A DNA stretch of 47,106 nucleotides from Candidatus Heimdallarchaeota archaeon (GCA_019057815.1 JAHLWR010000027.1:1-47106), one strand, 5' to 3'; shown: positions 1-9,532, counted from the first letter of the stretch. The notes: generated by a model not told the origin, from the letters alone. Translations and numbers: made by a program.

Positions 1-882
1 AACAACTATGGCATCTATCTTTACTCTTCTGATAGTTCTACTGTTGCCAACAACACGTGCAGCAACAATAACTATGGCATCAACCTTGAGAATTCTGATA
101 ATTCGATGGTAGAAAAAAACATGTGCGAAAACAATAACTACTGGGGCATCTATCTTTACTCTTCTAGTTCTACCATTGCCAACAACACTTGCAGCAACAA
201 CAACTATGGCATCTATCTTTACTCTTCTGATAGTGCGACTGTTGCCAACAACACGTGCAACAATAATAACAATGGCATCAGTCTTGAGGATTCTCGTAGT
301 TCGATGGTAGAAAAAAACACTTGCAGCAATAACAACGAATACGGCATCTATCTTTTGGGTTCTGGTAATTCGACTGTTACTAACAACATGTGCAGCAACA
401 ATAGTAGTGGAATCTATCTTAAATATTCCAGTTGTTCGACTGTTGCCAACAACACATGCAACAATAACAACTACATAGGCATCTCTCTTGACACTTCTGA
501 CTTTTGTGTAGTTATTTACAATTTTCTACAAGAAAATGAAGGCTATGGAGTATATTTAAGATACTCTTCTGATGATAATCTTATTCACCATAATACCTTT
601 GTAGACAACAATCTAGGAGGAACTTCCCAAGCTTGTGATGATGGTACTAAAAATACTTGGTATGATACTAAAACAAAAGAGGGTAATTATTGGTCAGATT
701 GGTCAGGAACAGGTTCTTATTCTATTGATGGTTCTGCAAGTTCAGAAGATCTATATCCTCTCGATGAACCTGCTGAATATTCTACAGATGAAAATCAGTT
801 AAGCTTCACATTTACTCTACTAATGTTAGTAATTTCCTTAATGCTTACAAGGATAATCTCAAAGAAGGTAAAGAAAGAGTAG
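1..882 (+). CDS. NosD/PbH1 right-handed parallel beta-helix surface protein, 5'-partial
   Basis: Frame is open from base 1. ~22-aa GIYL..S....V.NN.C.NN repeats, a GNYWSDW C-terminal motif, then a TM helix and basic tail. Confidence 0.9.
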   Translation, partial: NNYGIYLYSSDSSTVANNTCSNNNYGINLENSDNSMVEKNMCENNNYWGIYLYSSSSTIANNTCSNNNYGIYLYSSDSATVANNTCNNNNNGISLEDSRSSMVEKNTCSNNNEYGIYLLGSGNSTVTNNMCSNNSSGIYLKYSSCSTVANNTCNNNNYIGISLDTSDFCVVIYNFLQENEGYGVYLRYSSDDNLIHHNTFVDNNLGGTSQACDDGTKNTWYDTKTKEGNYWSDWSGTGSYSIDGSASSEDLYPLDEPAEYSTDENQLSFTFTLLMLVISLMLTRIISKKVKKE

Positions 883-931
883 AGCAGAGGATGAAAAGAA
901 GAAAGATGAAAAAGGTAATTGGTGAAAAAAA

Positions 932-1942
932 ATGGTAGTTGTGGAAGGAAAGAACGGTATTAGAGATGCGGAGAGTTTCTTTGGAAAACATATCTGGATG
1001 ACTATAATTTTGTTAATCATATTATATGATGCAATAGTATGGCTGGTATATTATGGTTTGAGAAATGTTGAATATTTGTATGATAATTATTATATAATAT
1101 TTATAATAACATTCGCTCTTTTAGCATTACTGTTAATGATAATTGTACCCTATGTAATGAAAATACAAGGAAAAAACAGGGGATACAAGGAGTTTCTAAA
1201 AGACATAAGGATAACGAAGTTAAAACCTCTAATAAAGATAGTGGGGTTAGGGATATTAACAGCTGGAGTGGTACTAACATGCGTATTAGTAACGAGACTG
1301 ATAGCAGATCGTTTATACACTGCATCATTTGAATTAGATATAAAAGCAATACTTGGACCAAGATCAGATATCTATACATCGTTGATACCTGGAATATGGG
1401 AAGAAGTGTTGTTTAGAGGAATTGTAATAACATTATTACTAAAAAAATACTCGGAAAAAGAGTCAATATTACTAAGCGCGCTATTATTTGGGTTTTTCCA
1501 TAATGCTGGTCTGATGAATTCAATCTATTATAGTGATTCAGCTCTATTCTACAATGTGATAGGAGTGCAGTTAAAAGTAATTCACACTTTTTTCAGTGGG
1601 ATAGTATATGGTTATCTATTTATAAAAACTAAAAGCCTAGTACCAGGGATGATAGTGCATTACCTTTATGATACCTTTGTAGGAGTGTTTGCGTTGCGTA
1701 TAGGGGACTATATAACATGGATATGGGTTTGGGTGATATTTGTATATTTAGCGAAAGGTGGTGCAATGTTATTCAACATAGGGATAATAAAAGTGATTTA
1801 TACTAAATTCCCAGAGAAAACAACTGTTTCAAAAGACGAGATGGGAGTAGGATTCTGTCCAAATTGTGGGGAACAATCTCGAAGAGAGGATAAATTCTGT
1901 AAGAAGTGTGGAGTAATAGTAAAAAATAAGACTGGGATCTAA
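932..1942 (+). CDS. CPBP/CAAX-family intramembrane glutamic protease with C-terminal zinc ribbon
   Basis: EEVLFRG, FGFFH and HYLYD motifs, multiple TM segments, CPNCG...CKKCG at the C-terminus. Confidence 0.9.
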   Translation: MVVVEGKNGIRDAESFFGKHIWMTIILLIILYDAIVWLVYYGLRNVEYLYDNYYIIFIITFALLALLLMIIVPYVMKIQGKNRGYKEFLKDIRITKLKPLIKIVGLGILTAGVVLTCVLVTRLIADRLYTASFELDIKAILGPRSDIYTSLIPGIWEEVLFRGIVITLLLKKYSEKESILLSALLFGFFHNAGLMNSIYYSDSALFYNVIGVQLKVIHTFFSGIVYGYLFIKTKSLVPGMIVHYLYDTFVGVFALRIGDYITWIWVWVIFVYLAKGGAMLFNIGIIKVIYTKFPEKTTVSKDEMGVGFCPNCGEQSRREDKFCKKCGVIVKNKTGI

Positions 1943-1990
1943 AAATAAGCAATTCGCAAATTTTCGACAAAAATATTTCTTAAAACTCTA

Positions 1991-2019
1991 TTTGTTGCTA
2001 ATAATGTGTTATATTCAAT
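1991..2019. other. dif-like 11-7-11 site, copy 1 (putative tyrosine-recombinase site)
   Basis: TTTGTTGCTAA-TAATGTG-TTATATTCAAT. Near-identical copy at 3627-3655. Both lie just left of a 16S-trailer repeat. Confidence 0.4.
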
Positions 2020-2023
2020 CATC

Positions 2024-2180
2024 AAAAATATTTTTTGCGAAAGTAAAAGAATTAAAATTTAAAGAGAAATAAAAAACCCCCTAAGGAATACAGGAACCTC
2101 GAGAAGACCTATCTTTCAATAAGAAAGAAAAAGGATTGGGAAGCCCGTGAGGGCCTCCAAACGTAGGAGGTGATCCATCC
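2024..2180 (-). repeat. Duplicated 16S rRNA 3' tip and trailer plus last codons of the 1625-aa ORF (copy 1)
   Basis: Near-identical to 18244-18396. It ends AGGAGGTGATCCA-TCC, the intron-less exon junction. Confidence 0.95.
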
Positions 2181-2192
2181 TCATTGATATAT

Positions 2193-2241
2193 TTACAATA
2201 CTTAGAGAACAACTTACAATACTTAGAGAACAACTTACAAT
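2193..2241. repeat. 21-bp tandem repeat, about 2.3 copies
   Basis: TTACAATACTTAGAGAACAAC x2 followed by TTACAAT. Confidence 0.9.
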
Positions 2242-3590
2242 TAATGCTTCTTTCTTGAACTCCAAAGTTTCCTCACAATAAGAGCAAGTGGAAATATGAA
2301 TAAGAAAAGAGGTAGTGCTAAGAATTCATCAATTGTTGGAAATCCCGGTGATTCATAAAGCGGGAAAGGGTCATTAACATTAGCGTTTCCGTCAATTGGA
2401 TATGTTCCAGTTCCATCCCAATCAGACCAGTAATTGCCCTCATTTATCGATTGGTCAAACCATACATTGTAAACCCCATCATCATAAGCTTGAGAAGTTC
2501 CTCCAATATTATTATCTACAAAGATATTTGAAGCAATAACTGTGTCAATTGTGTCAGTAAGATAGAGACCATAGTTGCTATTATTATATAGGAGGTTGTT
2601 TTTAACCTCACTGTATTTAACATGTTCTAAATATATCCCATCCATCGTGTTATTAGCACAGGTGTTGTTAATAATAGTGTCATACCATGAACCAATGGTG
2701 TAAAACATCCCATAATCGTTTTCTATACAGGTATTGTTAGCTACAAGAGTATGAAAAGAATCTTTGTGATAAATCCCATAGCCATTATCTTTACAAGAAT
2801 TGTTGACAATGGTTGAGTAGGAGGAACCTTTGAGTGAAATCCCATAATATGTATTATTAAAGCAATTACTATGACTAAGAGTAACATAGGCAAGACGAAA
2901 TTCTATTCCATATCCATTTGAAAAACAGGTGTTATTGGAAGCAAAAGCATCAGTATTCCAAATAATAAGGCCTACAAGCGTGTTGTTGAAGCAAGTGTTA
3001 TTGGTAACCACGGATTCAAGACATGTAATCACACAAAGACCATTATTATTGCTCTCACAAGTATTATTAGCAACAATAGAAAATAAACAAGTATCTAATT
3101 GAATACCATAACGGCTATTATTCTTACAAATATTAGCAACAACAGTGAGATTATACGAGAAAATAATACGAATACCATCAAAGCAGTTGGTACAAGTATT
3201 ATTAAATACAGTGGCTGTTTTTTCTCCTACTTCTTCAATATAAATCCCATAACTTGAAGCAGTGACTTGACAATGTTGAATAATAAAGTGTTTGGAAGTA
3301 TTGAAAACACTGATTCCGTTCCTTTCGTCAGTGATGATTGTGTGATTTTCTATCCTGTAAGGGTCTTCTTCTGTACCATTACCTGGGAAACCAAGATCAA
3401 TGAAATCTTGATCAGAAGTAATGTTGATAGGTTCTTGAGAGGAAAGAAGAAAAATTGGTTGTAGGGGGATGGTCGAACCACTAGCTATTTGAAAGGGTAT
3501 TGGATTGTTTATTTCAAGAATAAGAAGGAGAAATAGAAAGGCTAGAGCTAAGTTATTTCTGAATTTTATAGAATACAAGCACTTTGTCAT
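2241..3590 (-). CDS. NosD/PbH1 parallel beta-helix surface protein
   Basis: Signal peptide, G.GT..DPY.I motif, beta-helix repeats, GNYWSDW, PGF then TM helix and basic tail. Confidence 0.9.
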   Translation of the reverse strand: MTKCLYSIKFRNNLALAFLFLLLILEINNPIPFQIASGSTIPLQPIFLLSSQEPINITSDQDFIDLGFPGNGTEEDPYRIENHTIITDERNGISVFNTSKHFIIQHCQVTASSYGIYIEEVGEKTATVFNNTCTNCFDGIRIIFSYNLTVVANICKNNSRYGIQLDTCLFSIVANNTCESNNNGLCVITCLESVVTNNTCFNNTLVGLIIWNTDAFASNNTCFSNGYGIEFRLAYVTLSHSNCFNNTYYGISLKGSSYSTIVNNSCKDNGYGIYHKDSFHTLVANNTCIENDYGMFYTIGSWYDTIINNTCANNTMDGIYLEHVKYSEVKNNLLYNNSNYGLYLTDTIDTVIASNIFVDNNIGGTSQAYDDGVYNVWFDQSINEGNYWSDWDGTGTYPIDGNANVNDPFPLYESPGFPTIDEFLALPLFLFIFPLALIVRKLWSSRKKH

Positions 3591-3626
3591 TTTCTTTTTA
3601 TCTCATTTCTATTTTTTCAAATTTTG

Positions 3627-3655
3627 TTTGTTGCTAATAATGTATTATGTTCAAT
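3627..3655. other. dif-like 11-7-11 site, copy 2
   Basis: TTTGTTGCTAA-TAATGTA-TTATGTTCAAT. The right arm differs by one base from the E. coli XerD arm TTATGTTAAAT. Confidence 0.4.
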
Positions 3656-3669
3656 CATTCATATACATT

Positions 3670-4015
3670 ATTGACAACTGGGAAAAATGGGTAGAAAAGA
3701 ATTGGCCTGAAGAATTTAAAAACATAAAAAAATATTTTTGGCGAAAGTAAAAGAATTGAAATTAAAGAGAAATAAAAAACCCCCCTAAGGAATACAGGAA
3801 CCCCGAGAAAACCTATCTTTCAATAAGAAAGAAAAAGGATTGGGAAGCCCGTGAGGGCCTCCAAACGTAGGAGGTGATCCACTTGCGATACATAAGTTTC
3901 TACTCATGTATTTCCGCAGGTTCCCCTACGGATACCTTGTTACGACTTTTGCATCGTCGCGAAGCCCAATTTCGAATAAGCTGGAACAGCCCAACCTCAA
4001 CCGAACCGCACTTCG
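3670..4015 (-). repeat. ~346-bp direct repeat: tail of the 1625-aa ORF, 16S trailer and 16S 3' fragment (most of h44, h45, mini-intron, anti-SD) (copy 2)
   Basis: Near-identical to 18186-18530 with scattered substitutions. The 16S portion is 3869-4015 and the intron copy is 3882-3912. Confidence 0.97.
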
Positions 4016-4186
4016 AGAAATCAACTTCTTACTTATTTATTTTTGTTGTTAAATAATCCATTTGTATTGGAATTACTGTAGGGTGTTTCTTTTTTGATAT
4101 GACTAGGTAAGTAATTTATATAGAAAAACCTAATAAATAGCGAAATGGGTTTTTTCAACCTAAAAGAAATGGTCTTCTAATTTTGT

Positions 4187-7100
4187 CTAAATGGATTTTA
4201 TTTCCACTGCAATCGGCCCCACATAATTAAATCCTATCTTAAATGTCACTATGTCTCCTTTTCTGAATATTCTGTTATGATATAATGGATTAAAATAAAT
4301 TCTAAATTTAATATGAGGTTTTGTTGACATGACATGACCTTGAAATTGGTCTACACTTTCTATTTCTCCTTCAAAAACATCATCCAATATATCTCTTAAC
4401 ATATACCTTCTAGGGATATCGTAACTAGATCTTTTCAATTTTTTAAATACTCTTCTTGCTGTCTCATAGAACCGCTTCTTAAAACATATAACTCCATATT
4501 CAAACATTTGTTTTGGGTTTAAATAATCTTGATTCGCGAATAGATTGTTTAGAAGTTCGTAATAATAATCAATATCTTCTAATTTTTCAGGAAAAACAGT
4601 TCCTAAAATCTTGATAGTCAAATTTAAACATTGAGAATCATTTCTATTGAATTCCAGAGCTTTTTCTAATATCTTTAGAATTTCTGATGCTTTTTCTTCT
4701 CGCTTTTCTATATCATTAATCTGATGAATCTCTTCGAATAGCTTATATCCATAAATGTAATATCCAAAAAGATTCTTATCATAATTTACTAATTCCTCTG
4801 CTATTTTCAGGATTTCATTAGATGGTATATCTTTTAGCTCTACAAGAATTCTCATTTTAGTTTTCAAATAAAGCTCAAAGCTTGTTTCATCTACATAACT
4901 TAATGCAACATCTAAGATATCTAAAGCTCTTGAATAAAACTCAATCTTCTCTGCTAGATCATTTGTTTTATTACCTCTTCTATAAAAGACATAAGCTTCA
5001 GTAAAATATGGGTATGAATCTGATGGATTAATTTTCCTAGCTTGATGAAACAAATTAGAAGCTTGTTTGAAATACTGTTCTGCTTTTATGAATTCCCCTT
5101 TATCTTGATGAATAAAACCTTTCTCAGCAGCGATACTTCCCCATGTATTTAAAATATAATTAGGTCGTTCAAATACTCCATCGTATCTTTCAATCTCAAT
5201 CTGTTTCAATGCTGATTTTAAAAGATCTATTGCTTCGTTATATCTCTTTAATTTCTGCTTTATTATCGCATTATGATGAAGTAATGAGCTGGTGGCATCC
5301 TTTAAGCACAAAGCTTCAAAAATATCATTTAATTGATTCAATGTAAACTGAATATCCCTCCGTTTTTGACTTAAATGATTGATCGCTATTGTGTGGCAGA
5401 GATCCCTCTCAAATTCAATCTTTTTAAAGCTATTAGTAAAAATCTTAATTAAAAACTCAGTCTGTTCTTGAGGATCTAGACAAAAGAATTCTATTGTTTT
5501 AGACGCTATAATTCGATGATGGGTTCTGTAAGAGATAATTCCTAAATCTTTATGATCTTCAATTTGAACAATACCACTACATTCATCATCAATAATATCC
5601 TGAATTTCTCTCCAAGAAATACCTAAAACCCTCGAAATTAGCTCAATATTAATAGCTAAATTATATTGATGAATAAAGCATATTAACATAAAAATATCTC
5701 TTGCTTTTTCAGTTAAATTATTAAATTGATCTCTGATTATCTCATGAAAACGTTGTTGTGTTGGATTAACAAGTGCATACATCAAACCAAAGAAAGATAT
5801 TTCCTCATCAAAATCAATCTCTCTTTTCGCATCAATTATATCTATTTTCAAAAGATGTTCAGTGAAACGAGATTTCTCTCCCTTCTCTATAAAAATATCA
5901 ATTGGTTTAAGCTCAACGATTTTAGATATATCCATCTTGTTATTTAGGTATTTTTTTCTTGAATTCCATTCACCAATCCTATCAAAACAGACAGTTAATG
6001 CTGGTATGTTTTGATCCGTTAAAGTCTCTGACATCCAAGAAAGATGTGGAAAAGCTTGTGCTGCATCATCTACAATAATTAATAACTTTGTTAAAGGTGC
6101 CATACTTTCCTTTTGTTCAATCTGAGCAAGTTTTGCATTGATTTCTTTGAAAAATTGAATAATTACATAATCTCTTAGTTTTCTCCAATTTGAACTAAAG
6201 ATGATCGGATAACCTTCCTTATAGAAATCATAAGCTAATCTTTTAGCTAAAATCGTTTTACCTATCCCAGGAATCCCAGGAATAAATAGTACTCTGTTGT
6301 TTAAAGGTGATGTTTCATTCATAAGTCCACGTATAAGGTCTTTTAGATTTTTAACATCAACTATGGTTCCAACTCTTTCAGAAAAGGGTTTTTCTTTTTT
6401 CCCTGAATAATAATCTCTTTCAAAGTCCCAGTGTTGGTTATAGGCACCCCAGCTATTATTTGTACATCTGAAGAATCCCTCTTTATCATACGAAGGTTCA
6501 TTTAAATCATAATCATTGAGAATGTGAAACACATCTTCATAATAGAATATGTTATTTTCATCAATAGTGATTTTATTCCCATGTAAATCAACAACAACAT
6601 CATCTCTAGCTTTTCTGTAGATTTTTTCTATTCTTACAGCATTTTTAAGTTTCTCGCAAAATCCTTCAAAAGTTTCCTCTATTGGAATGACTTTCATGGT
6701 CTCGAATCTTTTTATTTCCCAACTTTCCATTTTTGATAGTTCTGGAAACAAAGCAAAAGAATATGGAACATTTTTTTCTCCTAGTTGTTCTATTGCATCA
6801 CTCATAACACCGAGTGCCAGTAAATCATTGAAACTATAACCAATAAACAGTAAACACCCATCTTTTATAGCTTCTAACAACAATCTATACTGTTCATCTT
6901 TCTCTCTTCTCATTTTTTGGATATCTAATTCAGTAATTGCCATCCTTCCTATATCATTATAGTTTCGTGTAGCGCATCCATTCAACTTCACAATATGGCA
7001 AACATCTCTTCGGAAAGGATTAAATTTATCCTGAATCGATCTAATTATTTTCGGCATTTTTAGTCTACCTTTTTCATGAAATCCCTGTTCAATTAGATTA

Positions 7101-7438
7101 TCATAATTGGTAGTAAAAATCGCTAACCAATCATATTTTGGTAATAATTTGATATTTTCCGAAGGTTGCAAATTCATAAATATGTCTTGAAGATATTCAT
7201 AAACAATATTATATCCATAAATTTCTGTATGAGAAATTGCTTCACATAATATATTGAGTTCTTTGATGTTTTTATCAATTTTATCAAATTTATTGTGCAA
7301 CATAGTAACTAAATCTCTAGTTAGTGGGGCTCCAGAAGATACAGAAACTCCTGCGCCTAAGAATAAAACAGTTTTTCCTTTTCTTATGTTTTGAAAGATA
7401 AATTCAAGATACTCTTCCTTTCCCGTCATAGTAAACAC
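4187..7438 (-). CDS. SIR2-like + P-loop (STAND-like) NTPase + TPR + C-terminal OB/cold-shock-like protein; SAMD9/Avs-like putative antiviral protein
   Basis: LFLGAGVS, TTNYD, KLNG and FIGYS (SIR2_2 motifs); GIPGIGKT Walker A; LIIVDD Walker B; helical repeats; C-terminal GDIVTFKIGFNYVGPIA beta domain. Confidence 0.85.
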   Translation of the reverse strand: MFTMTGKEEYLEFIFQNIRKGKTVLFLGAGVSVSSGAPLTRDLVTMLHNKFDKIDKNIKELNILCEAISHTEIYGYNIVYEYLQDIFMNLQPSENIKLLPKYDWLAIFTTNYDNLIEQGFHEKGRLKMPKIIRSIQDKFNPFRRDVCHIVKLNGCATRNYNDIGRMAITELDIQKMRREKDEQYRLLLEAIKDGCLLFIGYSFNDLLALGVMSDAIEQLGEKNVPYSFALFPELSKMESWEIKRFETMKVIPIEETFEGFCEKLKNAVRIEKIYRKARDDVVVDLHGNKITIDENNIFYYEDVFHILNDYDLNEPSYDKEGFFRCTNNSWGAYNQHWDFERDYYSGKKEKPFSERVGTIVDVKNLKDLIRGLMNETSPLNNRVLFIPGIPGIGKTILAKRLAYDFYKEGYPIIFSSNWRKLRDYVIIQFFKEINAKLAQIEQKESMAPLTKLLIIVDDAAQAFPHLSWMSETLTDQNIPALTVCFDRIGEWNSRKKYLNNKMDISKIVELKPIDIFIEKGEKSRFTEHLLKIDIIDAKREIDFDEEISFFGLMYALVNPTQQRFHEIIRDQFNNLTEKARDIFMLICFIHQYNLAINIELISRVLGISWREIQDIIDDECSGIVQIEDHKDLGIISYRTHHRIIASKTIEFFCLDPQEQTEFLIKIFTNSFKKIEFERDLCHTIAINHLSQKRRDIQFTLNQLNDIFEALCLKDATSSLLHHNAIIKQKLKRYNEAIDLLKSALKQIEIERYDGVFERPNYILNTWGSIAAEKGFIHQDKGEFIKAEQYFKQASNLFHQARKINPSDSYPYFTEAYVFYRRGNKTNDLAEKIEFYSRALDILDVALSYVDETSFELYLKTKMRILVELKDIPSNEILKIAEELVNYDKNLFGYYIYGYKLFEEIHQINDIEKREEKASEILKILEKALEFNRNDSQCLNLTIKILGTVFPEKLEDIDYYYELLNNLFANQDYLNPKQMFEYGVICFKKRFYETARRVFKKLKRSSYDIPRRYMLRDILDDVFEGEIESVDQFQGHVMSTKPHIKFRIYFNPLYHNRIFRKGDIVTFKIGFNYVGPIAVEIKSI

Positions 7439-7713
7439 ATAATGGTATTTGACTTTCTATTTAATCTTTTTCTAAACAAATAGTCAATTACAAAGATGAT
7501 TTTTGTCAGCTCATTACTATCACGTAATTATAATTACATCATACAATGAAAAACTATAATAAAAACCTAATCCAACTTGTGCAATTATCAAAATTCATTC
7601 AGATTCTATCCATTATAATAGCTATAATCTCCCCATATATTCTGACTATCATATTTTGCTATTCTGAACCATTTAATATAACTCCTATCGAAAAAAAAAG
7701 AGAAGTTGAGGTT

Positions 7714-7854
7714 TCATTCTTCCTCATCTTCTTCTTCAGGATTTAATTGTCTAGATTTATTATCTAATGATGCTTGATATGCTGGATTATTTGGGTTCAT
7801 GCTATCAGATCTATCATCATCTGGAGATCTACTTTTACTAGATTTTTTATCCAT
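7714..7854 (-). CDS. 46-aa small acidic protein (DDRSDSMNPNNPAYQASLDNKSRQLNP), absent from the ORF track
   Basis: ATG at 7854 with a strong SD (GAGGTGA) 4 nt upstream, TGA at 7714-7716, followed by a T-tract. Confidence 0.75.
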   Translation of the reverse strand: MDKKSSKSRSPDDDRSDSMNPNNPAYQASLDNKSRQLNPEEEDEEE

Positions 7855-8166
7855 ATTTTCACCTCTTTTTGAGTTTTTAGAAGAAGATATGGATATATTT
7901 ACTTCTATCCTTCATTCTTGCAAAATAATTACAAGAACTACAAGATTTAAGCTTAATTTTCCTGTCTTCTATTCTAATTGTGTCATGCAGTTTAATAAAT
8001 GTTAACAAATTAAATGTAATTAACAAAATCAGAACTCATCCAAATAACTTTTTCAAAAAAAGAGAGATTTCAGGAGCATTTATCATACTGGTAAAGACCC
8101 TTTGATTGAGCTCCTTTTCTTTTTTAAGAGATTTAAGTATTTAAACTCCGAAATTATCTTCTCTTG

Positions 8167-8277
8167 TTATACTACATCTTCTGCTAATATCCTTATAACT
8201 CCTCGTTTTGCTAATACTGTTTCTATCTTGTCTCCCAATTTTTTCAATTCTTCTTTTTCTAATTCCCACAGATTCAT
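8167..8277 (-). CDS. 36-aa small ORF or gene remnant (MNLWELEKEELKKLGDKIETVLAKRG...)
   Basis: ATG 5 nt after the stop of the 133-aa gene, with protein-like composition. Confidence 0.35.
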   Translation of the reverse strand: MNLWELEKEELKKLGDKIETVLAKRGVIRILAEDVV

Positions 8278-8282
8278 TTTCT

Positions 8283-8684
8283 TCAATCTTCGCCTTTTTC
8301 TTCTATCATTTCAAAATATCTTTCTGGTATTCTCTCTTCCTCTTCAAGAAGTGATTTTATTGAATTCAAAGTTTTCTTTACTTGCTCGATTTCTTCTCTT
8401 GTGGGACCACTATCTTTTCCAACACTTTTTTCAAGCATTTTTATCATCTTTTCTGAAAAAACAAATTCCATGAAGCTGTTCCTTGGTTTAATTATAGGTG
8501 GAAGCATAGTTGCTGTAGCAATAAAATAACCTAAATCTAAGAAATTCTCAGACAATTCTTTTCCAAAATCTGTTGTAAAGAAATCTGTTACAGTGAAATC
8601 CTTCTCATTACTGTTTTTATTGGTTTCATTGATTGTTTTTTCAGGTATTCGCTTCAGTGTTTTTTCTACCATTTTTAATCTCAT
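8283..8684 (-). CDS. Hypothetical protein
   Basis: 133-aa ORF with operon-like spacing to 8692-9306. Confidence 0.65.
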   Translation of the reverse strand: MRLKMVEKTLKRIPEKTINETNKNSNEKDFTVTDFFTTDFGKELSENFLDLGYFIATATMLPPIIKPRNSFMEFVFSEKMIKMLEKSVGKDSGPTREEIEQVKKTLNSIKSLLEEEERIPERYFEMIEEKGED

Positions 8685-8691
8685 CTTAGAG

Positions 8692-9306
8692 CTATTTTTT
8701 TCTTTTCCGTAAAGATAAAGATATTGCAGAAATAGATAGAATAGTAAGAGAAATACTTAGTGAATCTGTCTCAACTGTAGTACTTTCCGTCTCAACTGTA
8801 GTACTTTCTGTCTCAACTGTAATACTTTCTGTCTCAACTGTAATACTGAAGGCATCAAACCACATTGTTGTTGTTTCAGGATCTATGTCCCATGACTTAT
8901 TTTCTCTGAAATATGCTTTACCAAAAACGGATAACTCATTTGTAGGAATATTTTCCAATTTGAAATTAAAAACAGCTTGAGTTTCTCCTGATACACTAGT
9001 AATAAGACTTGCAGCTGAATGATCCGTTTTAATGAATGTACCACCTTCTATTTTCGCATAAAGAACAATATCATGAAAATCACTAATATCCGTACCAAAA
9101 CTGTTTACTGTTAATTTTATCATCACACTATAATCTGAATCTACATCGACTTCTATATAATCAACAATGACAGAGAGAGTGTAAGTAGAACCGCCTGAAG
9201 CTGTTTCTGAGATAGAATTAGAAAGTGCATATGTCTGTGAGGACAATAAAAGCAAGATAACTAAATTTGTCACAAGTAAAATAATCTTGTTTTTCATTAT
9301 TATCAA
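8692..9306 (-). CDS. Secreted, membrane-anchored protein with Thr/Ser-rich repeat linker
   Basis: Signal peptide, beta-rich domain, TVETES[IT] repeats, C-terminal TM helix and RKRKK. Confidence 0.8.
   Translation of the reverse strand: MIIMKNKIILLVTNLVILLLLSSQTYALSNSISETASGGSTYTLSVIVDYIEVDVDSDYSVMIKLTVNSFGTDISDFHDIVLYAKIEGGTFIKTDHSAASLITSVSGETQAVFNFKLENIPTNELSVFGKAYFRENKSWDIDPETTTMWFDAFSITVETESITVETESTTVETESTTVETDSLSISLTILSISAISLSLRKRKK
8768..8847. repeat. 21-bp in-frame tandem repeat, about 3.8 copies
   Basis: GTCTCAACTGTA(G/A)TACTTTC(C/T) units. Confidence 0.9.
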
Positions 9307-9361
9307 AGCTAAGTACCGTTGTTATATTTTTTAAAATTTGTGGAGCATACTAAGGGAATTT

Positions 9362-9401
9362 TGAAGAATTATTACAAATAAAAAAACCCCTAAGGAATAC
9401 A
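9362..9401. repeat. Eroded remnant of the 16S-trailer repeat (copy 3)
   Basis: AAATAAAAAAACCCCTAAGGAATACA at 9376-9401 matches ~18287-18311. It is preceded by TGAAGAATT, as in the ORF tail. Confidence 0.75.
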
Positions 9402-9532
9402 ATTTAAATGATTACTCTTCTAATCTATTGCATTATCTTCTGAACAACAATAGATTCAAATTCTTCTCACGTTTTTCTTGTAAATTTACAAAAAGAGATG
9501 ATAGTTATATATCTGTAACAGTATGTTGCTTT

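Noticed and set aside
2193-2241. Possible CRISPR array, also considered for 8768-8847 and 28602-28687
   Set aside because: The repeats are contiguous with no spacers, and no cas genes are present.
3505-4056. ORFs 3505-3750 and 3874-4056
   Set aside because: They are by-products of repeat copy 2 (ORF tail and antisense 16S), not independent genes.
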